This document shows, one piece after another, positions 1 through 9,676 of a stretch of DNA of 61,668 nt. Both the position numbers and the translations under genes were made by a program. Each line of letters begins with the position of its first letter. Position 1 is the first letter of the stretch. This DNA comes from a virus. The stretch lies in the IMG/VR virus record IMGVR_UViG_3300018080_000115, positions 76,695 to 138,362 of that record. One strand, given 5' to 3'. Below the pieces are notes generated by a model, which was not told where the DNA came from, did not search any database, and saw only the letters and a list, made by a program, of their open reading frames with translations.

Positions 1-1445
1 GTTTCGGTTCGGAAAATTTCACGCTGCTGTTCGTTCGCTGTCGACAAGCGCGAAACCACTTCCATCATTTCATCGCTCAAGCCCATGCGTCTCTTGAAAA
101 GCATCTGCTCAAATCGAGTGCCTTGACGGAAAATATCTCCATACTGATCTGCGGCGCGAATCATGGCTTCCGCAGCCGCTTCAGGACCGCCTTCAAACAC
201 CTGGAACAGCGCACGGCGTCCGCCGAACCTGAGCATGAACTGAGAGAAAGCGGAAGTCGGGTCAAAAATGTCAAGGCTTGACAAATCCGACATGATCGAA
301 CGAATGCTTGCGCCGGATACGCCAAGCGTGCGCAATCCGCGATCAAGCTTGGCAAATCCTGACGCCATGCGTCCGATCCATTGCGGTCCTTGCGTACCCA
401 TCAACTGAGCCTGAGCAACCAATTCCCGCATGGACTGATTGCGAAGACTGATGTTGCGGATTCCGGCAAGCGCGCCCATGAAGTCTTTGATGTCTTCAAG
501 AGCCGTATCAGATGCTTGTGCGATCGACGTCAAGCCCTCTGCCGTTGATTCGCCTGCTTCGGTCCCAATGTACGCGAGCTGACCTAGTTCGGTATTCAGT
601 TCCCTGAACACTTCAACGCCACGCTGACCGGTTAATGCGAAATTAGCCGCAGCTTCCCGCGCATCGTCAAACGACATCGCCTGTTGAGCAAAACCGAGCA
701 TGTTTTGATAGAGAGCATGCGTCGAAGCATTCGCCTGCATCGCGGCGAGAGCAAGTTCTTGATGATCCCTAATGACGTCCATGACTCCGACACGCGCCAT
801 TTCATAAAGCGCGCCGATAGACAAAGCGGTTCCGACTCTGGAACGCATTGTTTCTCGAATATCGCTTCCCATTTTGCCGAACGAACGCATCATGCGCTTT
901 CGCATCGAAACGTCTCGACGTTCAGCAAACTTCTCCGCTTCCTGCTCCATCTTCTCCGTTTGATCTTGCAAACGGCCGAATTGACGCATGGCATCAGAAA
1001 CTTGTTTTCTATTGGCGCTTCCTCCGATCGCAACAATTTGCGCCGCGCCCTCTGTCGTACTCTCAAGTTGCTTTCTTACATAGCCACCTAGTTCATTAAG
1101 TTGGTTCCTTAATTCTCTCTTAAAAACGACAGGCTGACCTATCATTTGTTCCCGAACATGAGACATGCGTTCTTGTAGTCTTCCAACCTCTTTTACCACG
1201 CTTTTGATTTCAACGGTAAATTCTTCTACATCATGTGCCTTCACATCCCCCTTGATGCCTTTTGAAATTTCTCCAAGAGTCGTTTTGAGTGCTTTTTTAG
1301 TGTTGGCACCAACCTTAACAAAAGCCTTATCTAAAGATTTAACTATACCTTCATCAAAAGTCTTCAGAAACTTTCCGCTCAACTCTCCCATCATATCATC
1401 GGCATCAGCTTTCAGCCGAAGTTTTAGTTTGAGTGGATCTGCCAT
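1..1445 (-). CDS. tape-measure-like protein, N-terminal part (runs off left edge)
   Basis: Manually translated open frame from ATG 1445 (MADPLKLKLRLKADADDMMGELSGKF...) to the window edge. It is long, Ala/Gln-rich and helical, with a TMP-like N-terminus. Absent from the ORF track because there is no stop in the window. Confidence 0.6.
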   Translation of the reverse strand, partial: MADPLKLKLRLKADADDMMGELSGKFLKTFDEGIVKSLDKAFVKVGANTKKALKTTLGEISKGIKGDVKAHDVEEFTVEIKSVVKEVGRLQERMSHVREQMIGQPVVFKRELRNQLNELGGYVRKQLESTTEGAAQIVAIGGSANRKQVSDAMRQFGRLQDQTEKMEQEAEKFAERRDVSMRKRMMRSFGKMGSDIRETMRSRVGTALSIGALYEMARVGVMDVIRDHQELALAAMQANASTHALYQNMLGFAQQAMSFDDAREAAANFALTGQRGVEVFRELNTELGQLAYIGTEAGESTAEGLTSIAQASDTALEDIKDFMGALAGIRNISLRNQSMRELVAQAQLMGTQGPQWIGRMASGFAKLDRGLRTLGVSGASIRSIMSDLSSLDIFDPTSAFSQFMLRFGGRRALFQVFEGGPEAAAEAMIRAADQYGDIFRQGTRFEQMLFKRRMGLSDEMMEVVSRLSTANEQQREIFRTE

Positions 1446-1879
1446 GTATTCGATTCCGCCTTCATGATTGCAAGATCAATCGATTTCTTATTGGTCATCC
1501 AATTGACCTTCATAAATGGAGTCTTATATTGTCTGATTAGTAACTCTGTGATTCTAGGCCAACGCGCCCGCAGATACGGATAGCGTGATTTCCAAGGCAT
1601 TCTGCTGAATCGCGGCGATTCGATGAATGAAAAGAAGACGCGCAACGCCGGATGTCTCCTGTATCGTCCGAGCACAAGCAATGATTGGTTCAGATTCGTT
1701 GCACGAATGACCCATTGCGACTGCCGTTGTCGTCCAAGGAAAAGCTTTCCGGCATAGTGAATGTTCAGCGCCATCGTGTCTTGGTTGTTCGACCAGATCA
1801 CATAGACAAGCGGAAACCTGTCGGTTTGCCACTTTCTGTACATGAGGTAATAAATGTTGGCTTTGTCGAGCCTGAGCAC
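1424..1879 (-). CDS. DNA end protector protein, T4 gp2-like
   Basis: Motifs DRFPLVYV and ALNIHY resemble gp2 (DxFPL...GLNLHY); GTG start. Confidence 0.55.
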   Translation of the reverse strand: MLRLDKANIYYLMYRKWQTDRFPLVYVIWSNNQDTMALNIHYAGKLFLGRQRQSQWVIRATNLNQSLLVLGRYRRHPALRVFFSFIESPRFSRMPWKSRYPYLRARWPRITELLIRQYKTPFMKVNWMTNKKSIDLAIMKAESNTWQIHSN

Positions 1880-1899
1880 GATTGCATCCGTTCAACAGA

Positions 1900-2502
1900 T
1901 CAAGAGACGATTTCGACCGTGACGGGCGGCGCGGTTTGATCGACGAATTCAAACTTGACGCTTCCGATAACCCCTTGACGTTTCGGGCGAAAGTCAGTCG
2001 TCATGCTTTTCACGCGATGCGGCCGGTCATCGTAATAGACCCGATCGCCCTTCTTGATCTGATCCAAGTGCTGATCGCGAATGAAGCCGCTGCTGAGATT
2101 CACGTCCTTGTGGATATCACCTCGCTCATCACCCTCAGTGACCCCGCTGTAGATTTCTCCTGGGACGCCGTCATAACCGCTTCTGATGCGCTGATAGGTG
2201 CGATCCGATGGACCGCCCTGCATCTGAGCCGGTTTGAAATCGGCAGGCATGTCGATCCAATCTTTGCGGTCGCCCACCTCGTTCGGATCGGCTTTTTGCT
2301 CGTCTTCCGCTTCGCCCAACTGCGGATCAACCAGACCGCCAGCCTGTCTACGCTGCCGCTCCTCTTCGTCCTGAGCAAGCGTTGTTCCAAGCGGCAACCG
2401 ATGAACGAACGGCGAAATATCTGCCGTAGTGGTCGCAGCAGCAGCCCCGCTGTCGTCATCAATCAGTTTTTTGCGCTTGATGTTGAGATCTTGAACCTGC
2501 AT
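1900..2502 (-). CDS. hypothetical protein (probably late/virion)
   Basis: 200-aa ORF with ATG, co-oriented with neighbours, candidate late-promoter motif upstream. Confidence 0.6.
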   Translation of the reverse strand: MQVQDLNIKRKKLIDDDSGAAAATTTADISPFVHRLPLGTTLAQDEEERQRRQAGGLVDPQLGEAEDEQKADPNEVGDRKDWIDMPADFKPAQMQGGPSDRTYQRIRSGYDGVPGEIYSGVTEGDERGDIHKDVNLSSGFIRDQHLDQIKKGDRVYYDDRPHRVKSMTTDFRPKRQGVIGSVKFEFVDQTAPPVTVEIVS

Positions 2503-2564
2503 TGATCGTGCCCTTCCTGTGAAAGAGAATTCACTCTCACAGTTTATCTTAGGCCACGATCAAG

Positions 2565-3188
2565 TCAATCCAAACTATCTGATTCTTCTTGTGCTTCCGC
2601 AGGATCAGGCTTCCCAAGTACATATCGCTTTTCATGGCAGGCAAGAGCCGCTTCCACGACGTCACTCTTGAAGCAGCCCTCTGAAAACGCTTTCCATGAC
2701 ATGACCACCATGTCCGCTTTTTGCAGCGACATGGACCATAGAGGAGAATGGTCATCGATGTAATAGATCTGTTCGATTTTGGCGCTTGCCGTTTTTCCCG
2801 TCAATACCTTGAACAGCTCTTCGAGGAAGTATCGAGGGAATGCGATGAAGAATGATTTGCGGTCTTCCTTGAACATCAGCATTGGAATCTGCTTGAACCG
2901 CATCGCCTGCACTTTGGCTTGCTCCCAATGCGCCCACAAATCCGCCTTCGGATTCGTCATCAGAGAGTAGAGCGAAAGTTGAGCATACGCCTTCACTTCC
3001 ACGCTGAATGGAAACTCTTCGTCATCACAATAGATATCGCCGGTCATCGCCCGCTGAAGATTCGGAGAAAGCGCATCCGCCATCACGGTCGCCATTGCTC
3101 CGGACGCCGGTGAACGATAGAACTTCACGCCCCACCATTCTGCCAACAGTTTTGCCGCGTCCCGCTCGCCTTTCTTCCATCCCTTCAT
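2565..3188 (-). CDS. Holliday junction resolvase (Hjc-like PD-(D/E)XK)
   Basis: KGERDAAKLL...FYRSPASGA...GDI...FPFSVEVK signature. Confidence 0.8.
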   Translation of the reverse strand: MKGWKKGERDAAKLLAEWWGVKFYRSPASGAMATVMADALSPNLQRAMTGDIYCDDEEFPFSVEVKAYAQLSLYSLMTNPKADLWAHWEQAKVQAMRFKQIPMLMFKEDRKSFFIAFPRYFLEELFKVLTGKTASAKIEQIYYIDDHSPLWSMSLQKADMVVMSWKAFSEGCFKSDVVEAALACHEKRYVLGKPDPAEAQEESDSLD

Positions 3189-3532
3189 TTCTGCTTCCTC
3201 CGCTTGCCCTTCAGAAACGGATATTTCTTGTCTAAATTGCCAATAACGTCAGTCACTTCCGTCAGACCTTGCTTCAGACTTGCAATAACGTCGCTCAAGT
3301 TCGAACCAAGATCCTCACGCAGTTTTGCCCGCTCGCTAGGACTCATGTCTTCCAAAGCTTCCTTCACCCCTTCTTCGGCAGACGTTTTGACTGTGGAAGA
3401 AATCCTGTCCAGTTCTTCAATGACTTGATCAACCGACAGCATCGGCTTTTTTCCCCCAACGCCTTGACGTTCTTCACTTTTTCCCATATCTGTAGTGCGG
3501 ACAATGGTTGCTGTACGGACACGGGTTGCCAT
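3185..3532 (-). CDS. hypothetical protein
   Basis: 115-aa helical ORF, ATGA overlap with resolvase. Confidence 0.55.
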   Translation of the reverse strand: MATRVRTATIVRTTDMGKSEERQGVGGKKPMLSVDQVIEELDRISSTVKTSAEEGVKEALEDMSPSERAKLREDLGSNLSDVIASLKQGLTEVTDVIGNLDKKYPFLKGKRRKQK

Positions 3533-4193
3533 ATGCGTAGCATGATTTCGTATTCGGACACAGCTTTTCAGGCCGCATCAGCTCAATCAGCTTTTCAACG
3601 TAATCCCAAGTCTCTTCAGGCTTCCAGACATTCAAGCGGATCTTCTTTTTGAGCCTGAGCAGACAAAGAGCAAAATGCGCCTGACGTCCAGGATTTAGCT
3701 GTTCATAGACGGCTTTGTAGACCGAACCCTGAAACAAGTGATACTTGGCATTGAACTTCTTGTCCGTCTTGTAATCCCAAAGGATCGCCTCTTGATCTTG
3801 CTCGTCAACCAAATCGATGATGACCTTGAACGGCGTCTTGCTTTTCGGAGTTTCCCCCATCAAGACAAGTTCCGTCTTCTGTCCGTCCCGCCACAACGTT
3901 TCAGGATGGAATGCAGGCAAGGTTTCGTCAATGACGGTTTGGATCATTGATTTGAAGGGAGATTTTGGAGAGATGATCTGTTGCGCTCTCTGAGCCAATT
4001 CAAGACCGCTGTTGATGCCTTCCAAACGCCCTTCTTCCAACGCCTTGTGCACAATCGTTCCGGCTTCCATCGGCGCGGTCTGCGGCGCACGCTTCCCAGC
4101 CAAATACTGAAAGCCGTACCGATACCCACACAGCAACAAGGTCTTGAGTCTCGATACTGAAACGTATCGGTACGGCTTGTCTTGGAATCTCAT
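3474..4193 (-). CDS. Cas4/RecB-like PD-(D/E)XK exonuclease
   Basis: SVSRLK..C, GTIVHKALE, IIDLV, WDYKT, Q..VY and C-terminal C..CPY...C (Fe-S ligands). Start set at MRFQDK; ORF track extends to 4310. Confidence 0.8.
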   Translation of the reverse strand: MRFQDKPYRYVSVSRLKTLLLCGYRYGFQYLAGKRAPQTAPMEAGTIVHKALEEGRLEGINSGLELAQRAQQIISPKSPFKSMIQTVIDETLPAFHPETLWRDGQKTELVLMGETPKSKTPFKVIIDLVDEQDQEAILWDYKTDKKFNAKYHLFQGSVYKAVYEQLNPGRQAHFALCLLRLKKKIRLNVWKPEETWDYVEKLIELMRPEKLCPNTKSCYAYGNPCPYSNHCPHYRYGKK

Positions 4194-4239
4194 TTTGAAC
4201 CTTTGAACGCCCGCTTGAGGCGTGTCCAAACCATGAAAA

Positions 4240-5226
4240 TCACAGAATCGTGTTCGTGGTTTCTTCGACGCCGTTCCTTTCGGCGTCCTCTTCGACGTTT
4301 CCCGATTCACCGCCCTTGAACGATTCCGCGATCTGCTGAATGCTCCCGATCTTTGATTCGATTGCGGAACGCATGCCCGCGCTGAGAGTGTCGGGAATGA
4401 GCAGTCGTCTGCGGTTCTTGTAGAACAGAGTCATGAGATTCGAATGCAGATGGAGAGCCCTGAGATGCGGAACCCCGAACTGTTCGATTTCCGCAATCAT
4501 TCTCTGCACCGCCTGCATGATCTGCATGCGCTTGCCTGAATCGATCGTGTTCTCGCTGTTTTGATCGAAAGTTGAATTACGGTTGATCAGACCATCCACA
4601 ACCTCTTCGAACATGATCTGATTTTCAACGTTCCGCCAAAGCGGATTTTCCAAATGGTGATACATAGTCCCGAACTGCTGCATCAACGCCGCTTCAGTTT
4701 GAGGAGCCGTGTATTGCGGATTGAACTTGCGCATCATCTCTTCCACAGAGTGAGGATTGGCTTGCTGCGGCTGAGCGGCGAGATTCGGGGAAGGCGGCGC
4801 GGTCTTGTTGACTTCCTGTGCTTCGACTTCGATCGTCTGAGGATATGTGCTCTGGACTTCCGGAACCTGTTCAAAGGCCGCTTGCGTCTCTTCGACGCGC
4901 AACGGCACGCCCGCATCAAGCCCCACCTGAGTCACTGTGAACTGCGGAGTGATATAGCCTTGAGAAACCAAATGCGTCACGTACTCCTGCGGAACCTCTG
5001 CCTTCAGATTCTCGTCGGCTCCGGTCATCACGTCGCACACATACTGAGCGGCAGGCTTGCCGAGTACGCTACACCGCTCCAACAGTGCGCGCACTTTCTC
5101 GGTCGCTTCTTTCTTGTCTCTTGCCCCTTGCGTCAGGATTTCTCCCTGTGACGATTGCGCGGCACCGTTGACATTGCTCGACGGAATACCGATCGACACG
5201 GTTTCGGGTTGGTTGCTTCTATTCAT
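4240..5226 (-). CDS. hypothetical protein with Q/P-rich linker
   Basis: 328-aa ORF, RBS GAGGAA upstream. Confidence 0.7.
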   Translation of the reverse strand: MNRSNQPETVSIGIPSSNVNGAAQSSQGEILTQGARDKKEATEKVRALLERCSVLGKPAAQYVCDVMTGADENLKAEVPQEYVTHLVSQGYITPQFTVTQVGLDAGVPLRVEETQAAFEQVPEVQSTYPQTIEVEAQEVNKTAPPSPNLAAQPQQANPHSVEEMMRKFNPQYTAPQTEAALMQQFGTMYHHLENPLWRNVENQIMFEEVVDGLINRNSTFDQNSENTIDSGKRMQIMQAVQRMIAEIEQFGVPHLRALHLHSNLMTLFYKNRRRLLIPDTLSAGMRSAIESKIGSIQQIAESFKGGESGNVEEDAERNGVEETTNTIL

Positions 5227-5255
5227 GACATTTCCTCTCTTCTGTGTTTCCTATT

Positions 5256-5879
5256 TCAATTTTTCTGCGGCGGTCTTCCTGTCGGAACGGCTTGCGGCGG
5301 CTGACCCACGGATTGAGCGCCTTGCTGCTGCATTGCCCTCTTCCTCTGTTCCAATACCATCTTGCTTTCAATCGGATTCGAATTGAACCCCATGGCACCG
5401 AACGTATCGAACGCTGCTTTCTTGAACTGATCTTGAGCCATCTCACACAAAACCGCCAACTCGGATGTCGGAGACGGAGAAGCGTGAAGGACGCCGCCCG
5501 GATGCAGAACGATCAGATGATTTGGAATCAGTTCCGCCAATTCCTGAAGAGCGGATTGCAGCCGCGCATTGCGATTCGCCACATACGTATCAAACTCGGC
5601 TTTGCTTTCAAACGGCTTCTGAGTAGTGGGATTGATCAAAGGGTTGCCTGACGGATCAACGACTTGGAATGGTTGTCCCGACTGTACCTGTTCCGAAAGA
5701 CGTTGAACTTCTTCTTGGTTTCTCGAAGCGTTCTCTTCGGACATGCTTCTACGGTCTTCGGCTTTGCTCCGAATCTCGACCACTTCAGATTGTTCAAACG
5801 CTTCGTTTGGACTCACGTTCACAGCTTCAATTTGTTTGACGAACGACTTTTCATTTCCGCCTTTGGGTTCATCCGACAT
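5256..5879 (-). CDS. hypothetical protein
   Basis: 207-aa ORF with Q/P-rich tail. Confidence 0.7.
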   Translation of the reverse strand: MSDEPKGGNEKSFVKQIEAVNVSPNEAFEQSEVVEIRSKAEDRRSMSEENASRNQEEVQRLSEQVQSGQPFQVVDPSGNPLINPTTQKPFESKAEFDTYVANRNARLQSALQELAELIPNHLIVLHPGGVLHASPSPTSELAVLCEMAQDQFKKAAFDTFGAMGFNSNPIESKMVLEQRKRAMQQQGAQSVGQPPQAVPTGRPPQKN

Positions 5880-6609
5880 TCCACATGCTCCTGTTCATGA
5901 TTTGTTGTGTTCCAGCAGCGGTCTGCAACTCTCCTGATGGTATTAAATTGATCATACGTTTATTGATGTTGTCAAGCTCAATTTCATCAACGTACTCGAT
6001 TTTTAAGTCATGAGGAAGAGAATGATAAACCCTGTAAAATTCAAAAGATAATGCAATATATGCCCTAGTCAATGCGCCTTGATCGATCCAAGTCAGGCAA
6101 AGCGGCTGAAGAGCATTCGACTTTGAATAGCGCAAGACTTTTTCCAAGTCTCTTGGATACTCCCAATTTTGATTGATGCTCTTCATGACCCGTTGCAAAA
6201 AATGACGCCCGACACGCACGGATTCAAGATATCCTTGCGCTTCACTTCGAGCCGTCTGTTGCTGCGGGATCACGCTGAACAGCGCCGCGTATCGATTGAT
6301 CGCCCACGCAGTCGTCAGCATCACGGGATAAACGCGCCAATCATGCCGATCGTCTTGCAGCCGATAGAACAGCACTTGAAAATAACGATAAACACTTGTG
6401 TTCATTTTATCGGAGTTTCTTACCGCGCCTTCGAAATGCTTCCAATTTTGGTGAACGCGCGGATCGGTACGGGCAGGCAAGAACATCCTGTTTTCGTCAT
6501 AACAAATCAAGTAGAAATGACTATACCAAATCGAAGCCAGATAAACGCGGACATCCCACGCACTCAATTCCCAATCCAAAGCAACACGGGAAATGGTAAT
6601 TGCGCCCAT
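5869..6609 (-). CDS. hypothetical protein
   Basis: 246-aa ORF coupled to UvsW stop. Confidence 0.7.
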   Translation of the reverse strand: MGAITISRVALDWELSAWDVRVYLASIWYSHFYLICYDENRMFLPARTDPRVHQNWKHFEGAVRNSDKMNTSVYRYFQVLFYRLQDDRHDWRVYPVMLTTAWAINRYAALFSVIPQQQTARSEAQGYLESVRVGRHFLQRVMKSINQNWEYPRDLEKVLRYSKSNALQPLCLTWIDQGALTRAYIALSFEFYRVYHSLPHDLKIEYVDEIELDNINKRMINLIPSGELQTAAGTQQIMNRSMWNVG

Positions 6610-8198
6610 CAGCTCACCTTCTGAATCATGACGACCTGCACATCATGTCCTTCCGCTACCCAAATCTCTTTCCGTGTGCCCGCGTGACGCTCCAAAATCT
6701 CATGGCTTTTATCAAAGAAATCGAACACATGAACCACCCCGCTGTTGTTCGGTCGAAGAGCCCTGCCTAAACGTTGAATCGTCTTGACATAGCTCTTCTC
6801 ACCGCCAGCAATGATCAGGTTGTTCATGCCCGGAAGATCGATCGATTCGTCAAAAATCGGACTGGCCATCAAAATCGCATGGTTCTGCTTGTTGAACGAT
6901 TTCAGAACCCGCTCACGATTGCGCACGCTCCAATCTCCATCGAGATACCACAGCAACTGTTTCGGAACGTGCACTTGAGAATTGTCTTCTCGCTTATTGT
7001 AGATCTCAAACGGATTCGTGCGGTTCACTGCCGGTCTTCCGCCTAAACCGTATTTATGCATCAAAATGTCACCATGTTCGACACGCAGAAACAAAATGAG
7101 CGTCTTGCCTATCAGCCCGCGTGACAGACGAGTGATGAGGAAATTCCGCATGTCATAGTTGATGATGCCCGTTTGATAGATTTCACGATAGCCGTTCGCG
7201 GCAAACATGGCCGCATCACGTCGCCTGACCAGCATCATCTTGATGAACGGCTTCGACAAATATTCTTGCTCTACCAGATCCCGCGTCGGAATCTCGTAGA
7301 TGATCGGGCCGAACAGACTCATGCGCCAGACATCCCGCTCATTGTCTCCCGTGTATGGCGTCCCCGAAAATCCGATCCGCACACGCGCACGCTTGGCGGC
7401 TTTCAACAGACTGCGATTCTCTTTCGAACACGCATGGTGACACTCATCCATCAAGATGACATCGAACTTGTTCATGATTTTCTTGAGCGTCTTGAACATC
7501 TGCCTGATTGCAATGATGATCGGACATCGATCCAAACGCTCTTCGTTCCACTTGTACGGATCATCTTTCGGAGACTTCGATTGTCCGACCACGCAGACAA
7601 TGTCTTTGGGATCGATCCCATATCGGATGAACTGCTTGACCGTCTGTCTGGCCCCTCCCTTCTGATCCATCAACACCAAAACCTTGGCGGCTTTCCCGTT
7701 TTCCAGCTTCTTGTTGAACGCCATTGCCAATGCGGCAAGATCGATAGTTTTTCCCGATCCTGTCGGCTTCTTTACAATGCCGTTCTGAAAATTGACGCAT
7801 ATTTTGGTCGCGTCGACTTGATAAGGGCGAAGCTTATACTCCGTCCCAAACATGTCTGCAGTGATTTCATCGGCGGAAACCGGAAACTGAACACGCTTGT
7901 CGATCAAATTGTATTGCAGCCCCAATTCGTTCATGTATTGAAGAATCGATCCAAGCAGACCGATGCCGAACGTTCCTGTTTCGGCCGAAACGAAATTTCG
8001 ATATGGACTGATCTTTCGTCCAACTACTTGACGCTTCCAGTGTATGTTATCTATCATCATGCGATAACGATGGAACACCAAATCAGGAACGATCCCCATC
8101 ACGATCAGATTTTGCTTGCCGCGCTCTTTCGGCTTGACTGGCGTTCCGTCTTTTTTGACGAAACGCCCAACCACATTGTCTGCAAGAATTGTGAACAT
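6609..8198 (-). CDS. uvsW: UvsW-like superfamily 2 DNA helicase
   Basis: LRPYQ Q-motif, PTGSGKT, DECHH, GFSGTP, QRLGRALR. Confidence 0.9.
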   Translation of the reverse strand: MFTILADNVVGRFVKKDGTPVKPKERGKQNLIVMGIVPDLVFHRYRMMIDNIHWKRQVVGRKISPYRNFVSAETGTFGIGLLGSILQYMNELGLQYNLIDKRVQFPVSADEITADMFGTEYKLRPYQVDATKICVNFQNGIVKKPTGSGKTIDLAALAMAFNKKLENGKAAKVLVLMDQKGGARQTVKQFIRYGIDPKDIVCVVGQSKSPKDDPYKWNEERLDRCPIIIAIRQMFKTLKKIMNKFDVILMDECHHACSKENRSLLKAAKRARVRIGFSGTPYTGDNERDVWRMSLFGPIIYEIPTRDLVEQEYLSKPFIKMMLVRRRDAAMFAANGYREIYQTGIINYDMRNFLITRLSRGLIGKTLILFLRVEHGDILMHKYGLGGRPAVNRTNPFEIYNKREDNSQVHVPKQLLWYLDGDWSVRNRERVLKSFNKQNHAILMASPIFDESIDLPGMNNLIIAGGEKSYVKTIQRLGRALRPNNSGVVHVFDFFDKSHEILERHAGTRKEIWVAEGHDVQVVMIQKVS

Positions 8199-8218
8199 GA
8201 TGATATGATAAAGAATGA

Positions 8219-9676
8219 TCAGAAGTTGATTTTGTCGTTTTCTCTCTCCACTTTCACTAGACTCGGCGATTCGTCTTCTTCGTCTTCTTCTGTTTCGTAA
8301 TCATTGCTCTGCGGCACATACTGAGAAATGATGTACGAACGATGCCTGATTTCCTTTTCGTACGCTTCCTGTTGTTCTTCCTGCCCCTCTTCGTTTCCGC
8401 TTTCTTCCGTCTCTTCGTCAGCGGCATCATAGTAGAAAATCAACTGCATATTATTGTTGATTGTATACATTTTGACGCATACTGAAAGATCTTGGAACGA
8501 CTCTGCTCCATCGCAATCGCCAAGATTTGCCATGGCTTCAAGACCCTTCAGAACATTGATGACAGTATCGATGTTGAACCACTGTTCGTCGACTTCATCG
8601 TCGCAGTCTTCAACCATCTCGATTCCGATCCATTCATTGAACTGATTGATCCTTGCCATATCGTGAGAAAACGCAAGCAGTCTTCCTTGACCAGAATCAA
8701 GCTTAAACCCGATCTTGCCCCACATGTCGCTGACAAGCTTCGCACGGTTCGCAATCTTGAGCAGCGATTGAGCATTCAACCGAATAACATTGTATCCTTC
8801 CTCTTCAAAGATCTGAGTCAACTTGCCCAAGGAAGGAAACTCTTCTTGCAGGATGCGCGTCGTGAACTTGACTGAACTGTTCTCAAGTCCGAACGCCGCT
8901 TCAAACAAGCCTTGGCCGCTGATCCCCATAGAAATGTTCTTGATTTCCGTCTGCTTCGTCATGTACTCGACGAAAGAGAACGGCATCAGGATTCCGTTTT
9001 CTTGACCGGCTGCCAAAAAATTGCTTTGCTCCAACGCATCCTGATCCTCATCGATCAAGGATGCCGTATAGCAAGCAATGAAGGGACCGCCATCCATTGC
9101 GGCAAAGGAAAGCCTGTTGTCATCGTCGCAATAGATCAAAGCGCCTCTTGCACAGACTCGCTCCGAATTCGGACTGATCGCGTTTTTGATCGCGTGCAAG
9201 CCCTTGACGAAGTCGCCGAACCTGTTCAAATTCAGCTTGCGCTGTTCAATCTTCAACGTAGGCGCATTCACTTCCATGTCGTCTTTTGGACGCAAAGTGA
9301 AAACGGTATTGCGGCATCTCAGCTCAACCTTGTCCGTGATGGTCATAACCAAAGTGCCGGAAGGCAAAGACTTGACGAACGACTCAAACGCCTTCGAATC
9401 AAGACCCACCGTCAACGGAACCTCAGAGTCATGTTTGATGGCGAAGTCTTCGCTTTCTCGAATGACGTGCAGCAAAGAACTTTCCGGCCCTTGCGCCCAA
9501 ATCTTGACGGCACCGTTCTGCACTTCGATAAACGTCATCTTGTACAGATCATAGACGGCGGACGCCTTGACCGCCGCCGAAATGTCCTTCAGGATGCTCT
9601 TCAAAAAAGCCTGCTTCATGGTGATCTTTGTTGCGGTCATGGTGCTTCTCTCCATTTCTATCTCAAGTCGTTTCAA
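8219..9676 (-). CDS. dnaN: DNA polymerase III beta-type sliding clamp
   Basis: Three-domain pattern: AMDG (cf. ATDG), TRILQEEFPSL (cf. SRLIEG.YP), WFNIDTVINVLK (cf. FN..YL.D.L); acidic tail. Confidence 0.7.
   Translation of the reverse strand: MKRLEIEMERSTMTATKITMKQAFLKSILKDISAAVKASAVYDLYKMTFIEVQNGAVKIWAQGPESSLLHVIRESEDFAIKHDSEVPLTVGLDSKAFESFVKSLPSGTLVMTITDKVELRCRNTVFTLRPKDDMEVNAPTLKIEQRKLNLNRFGDFVKGLHAIKNAISPNSERVCARGALIYCDDDNRLSFAAMDGGPFIACYTASLIDEDQDALEQSNFLAAGQENGILMPFSFVEYMTKQTEIKNISMGISGQGLFEAAFGLENSSVKFTTRILQEEFPSLGKLTQIFEEEGYNVIRLNAQSLLKIANRAKLVSDMWGKIGFKLDSGQGRLLAFSHDMARINQFNEWIGIEMVEDCDDEVDEQWFNIDTVINVLKGLEAMANLGDCDGAESFQDLSVCVKMYTINNNMQLIFYYDAADEETEESGNEEGQEEQQEAYEKEIRHRSYIISQYVPQSNDYETEEDEEDESPSLVKVERENDKINF

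Noticed and set aside
3474-4193. CRISPR-Cas locus around the Cas4-like nuclease
   Set aside because: No repeat-spacer array or other cas genes seen; solo Cas4-like nucleases are common in phage recombination modules
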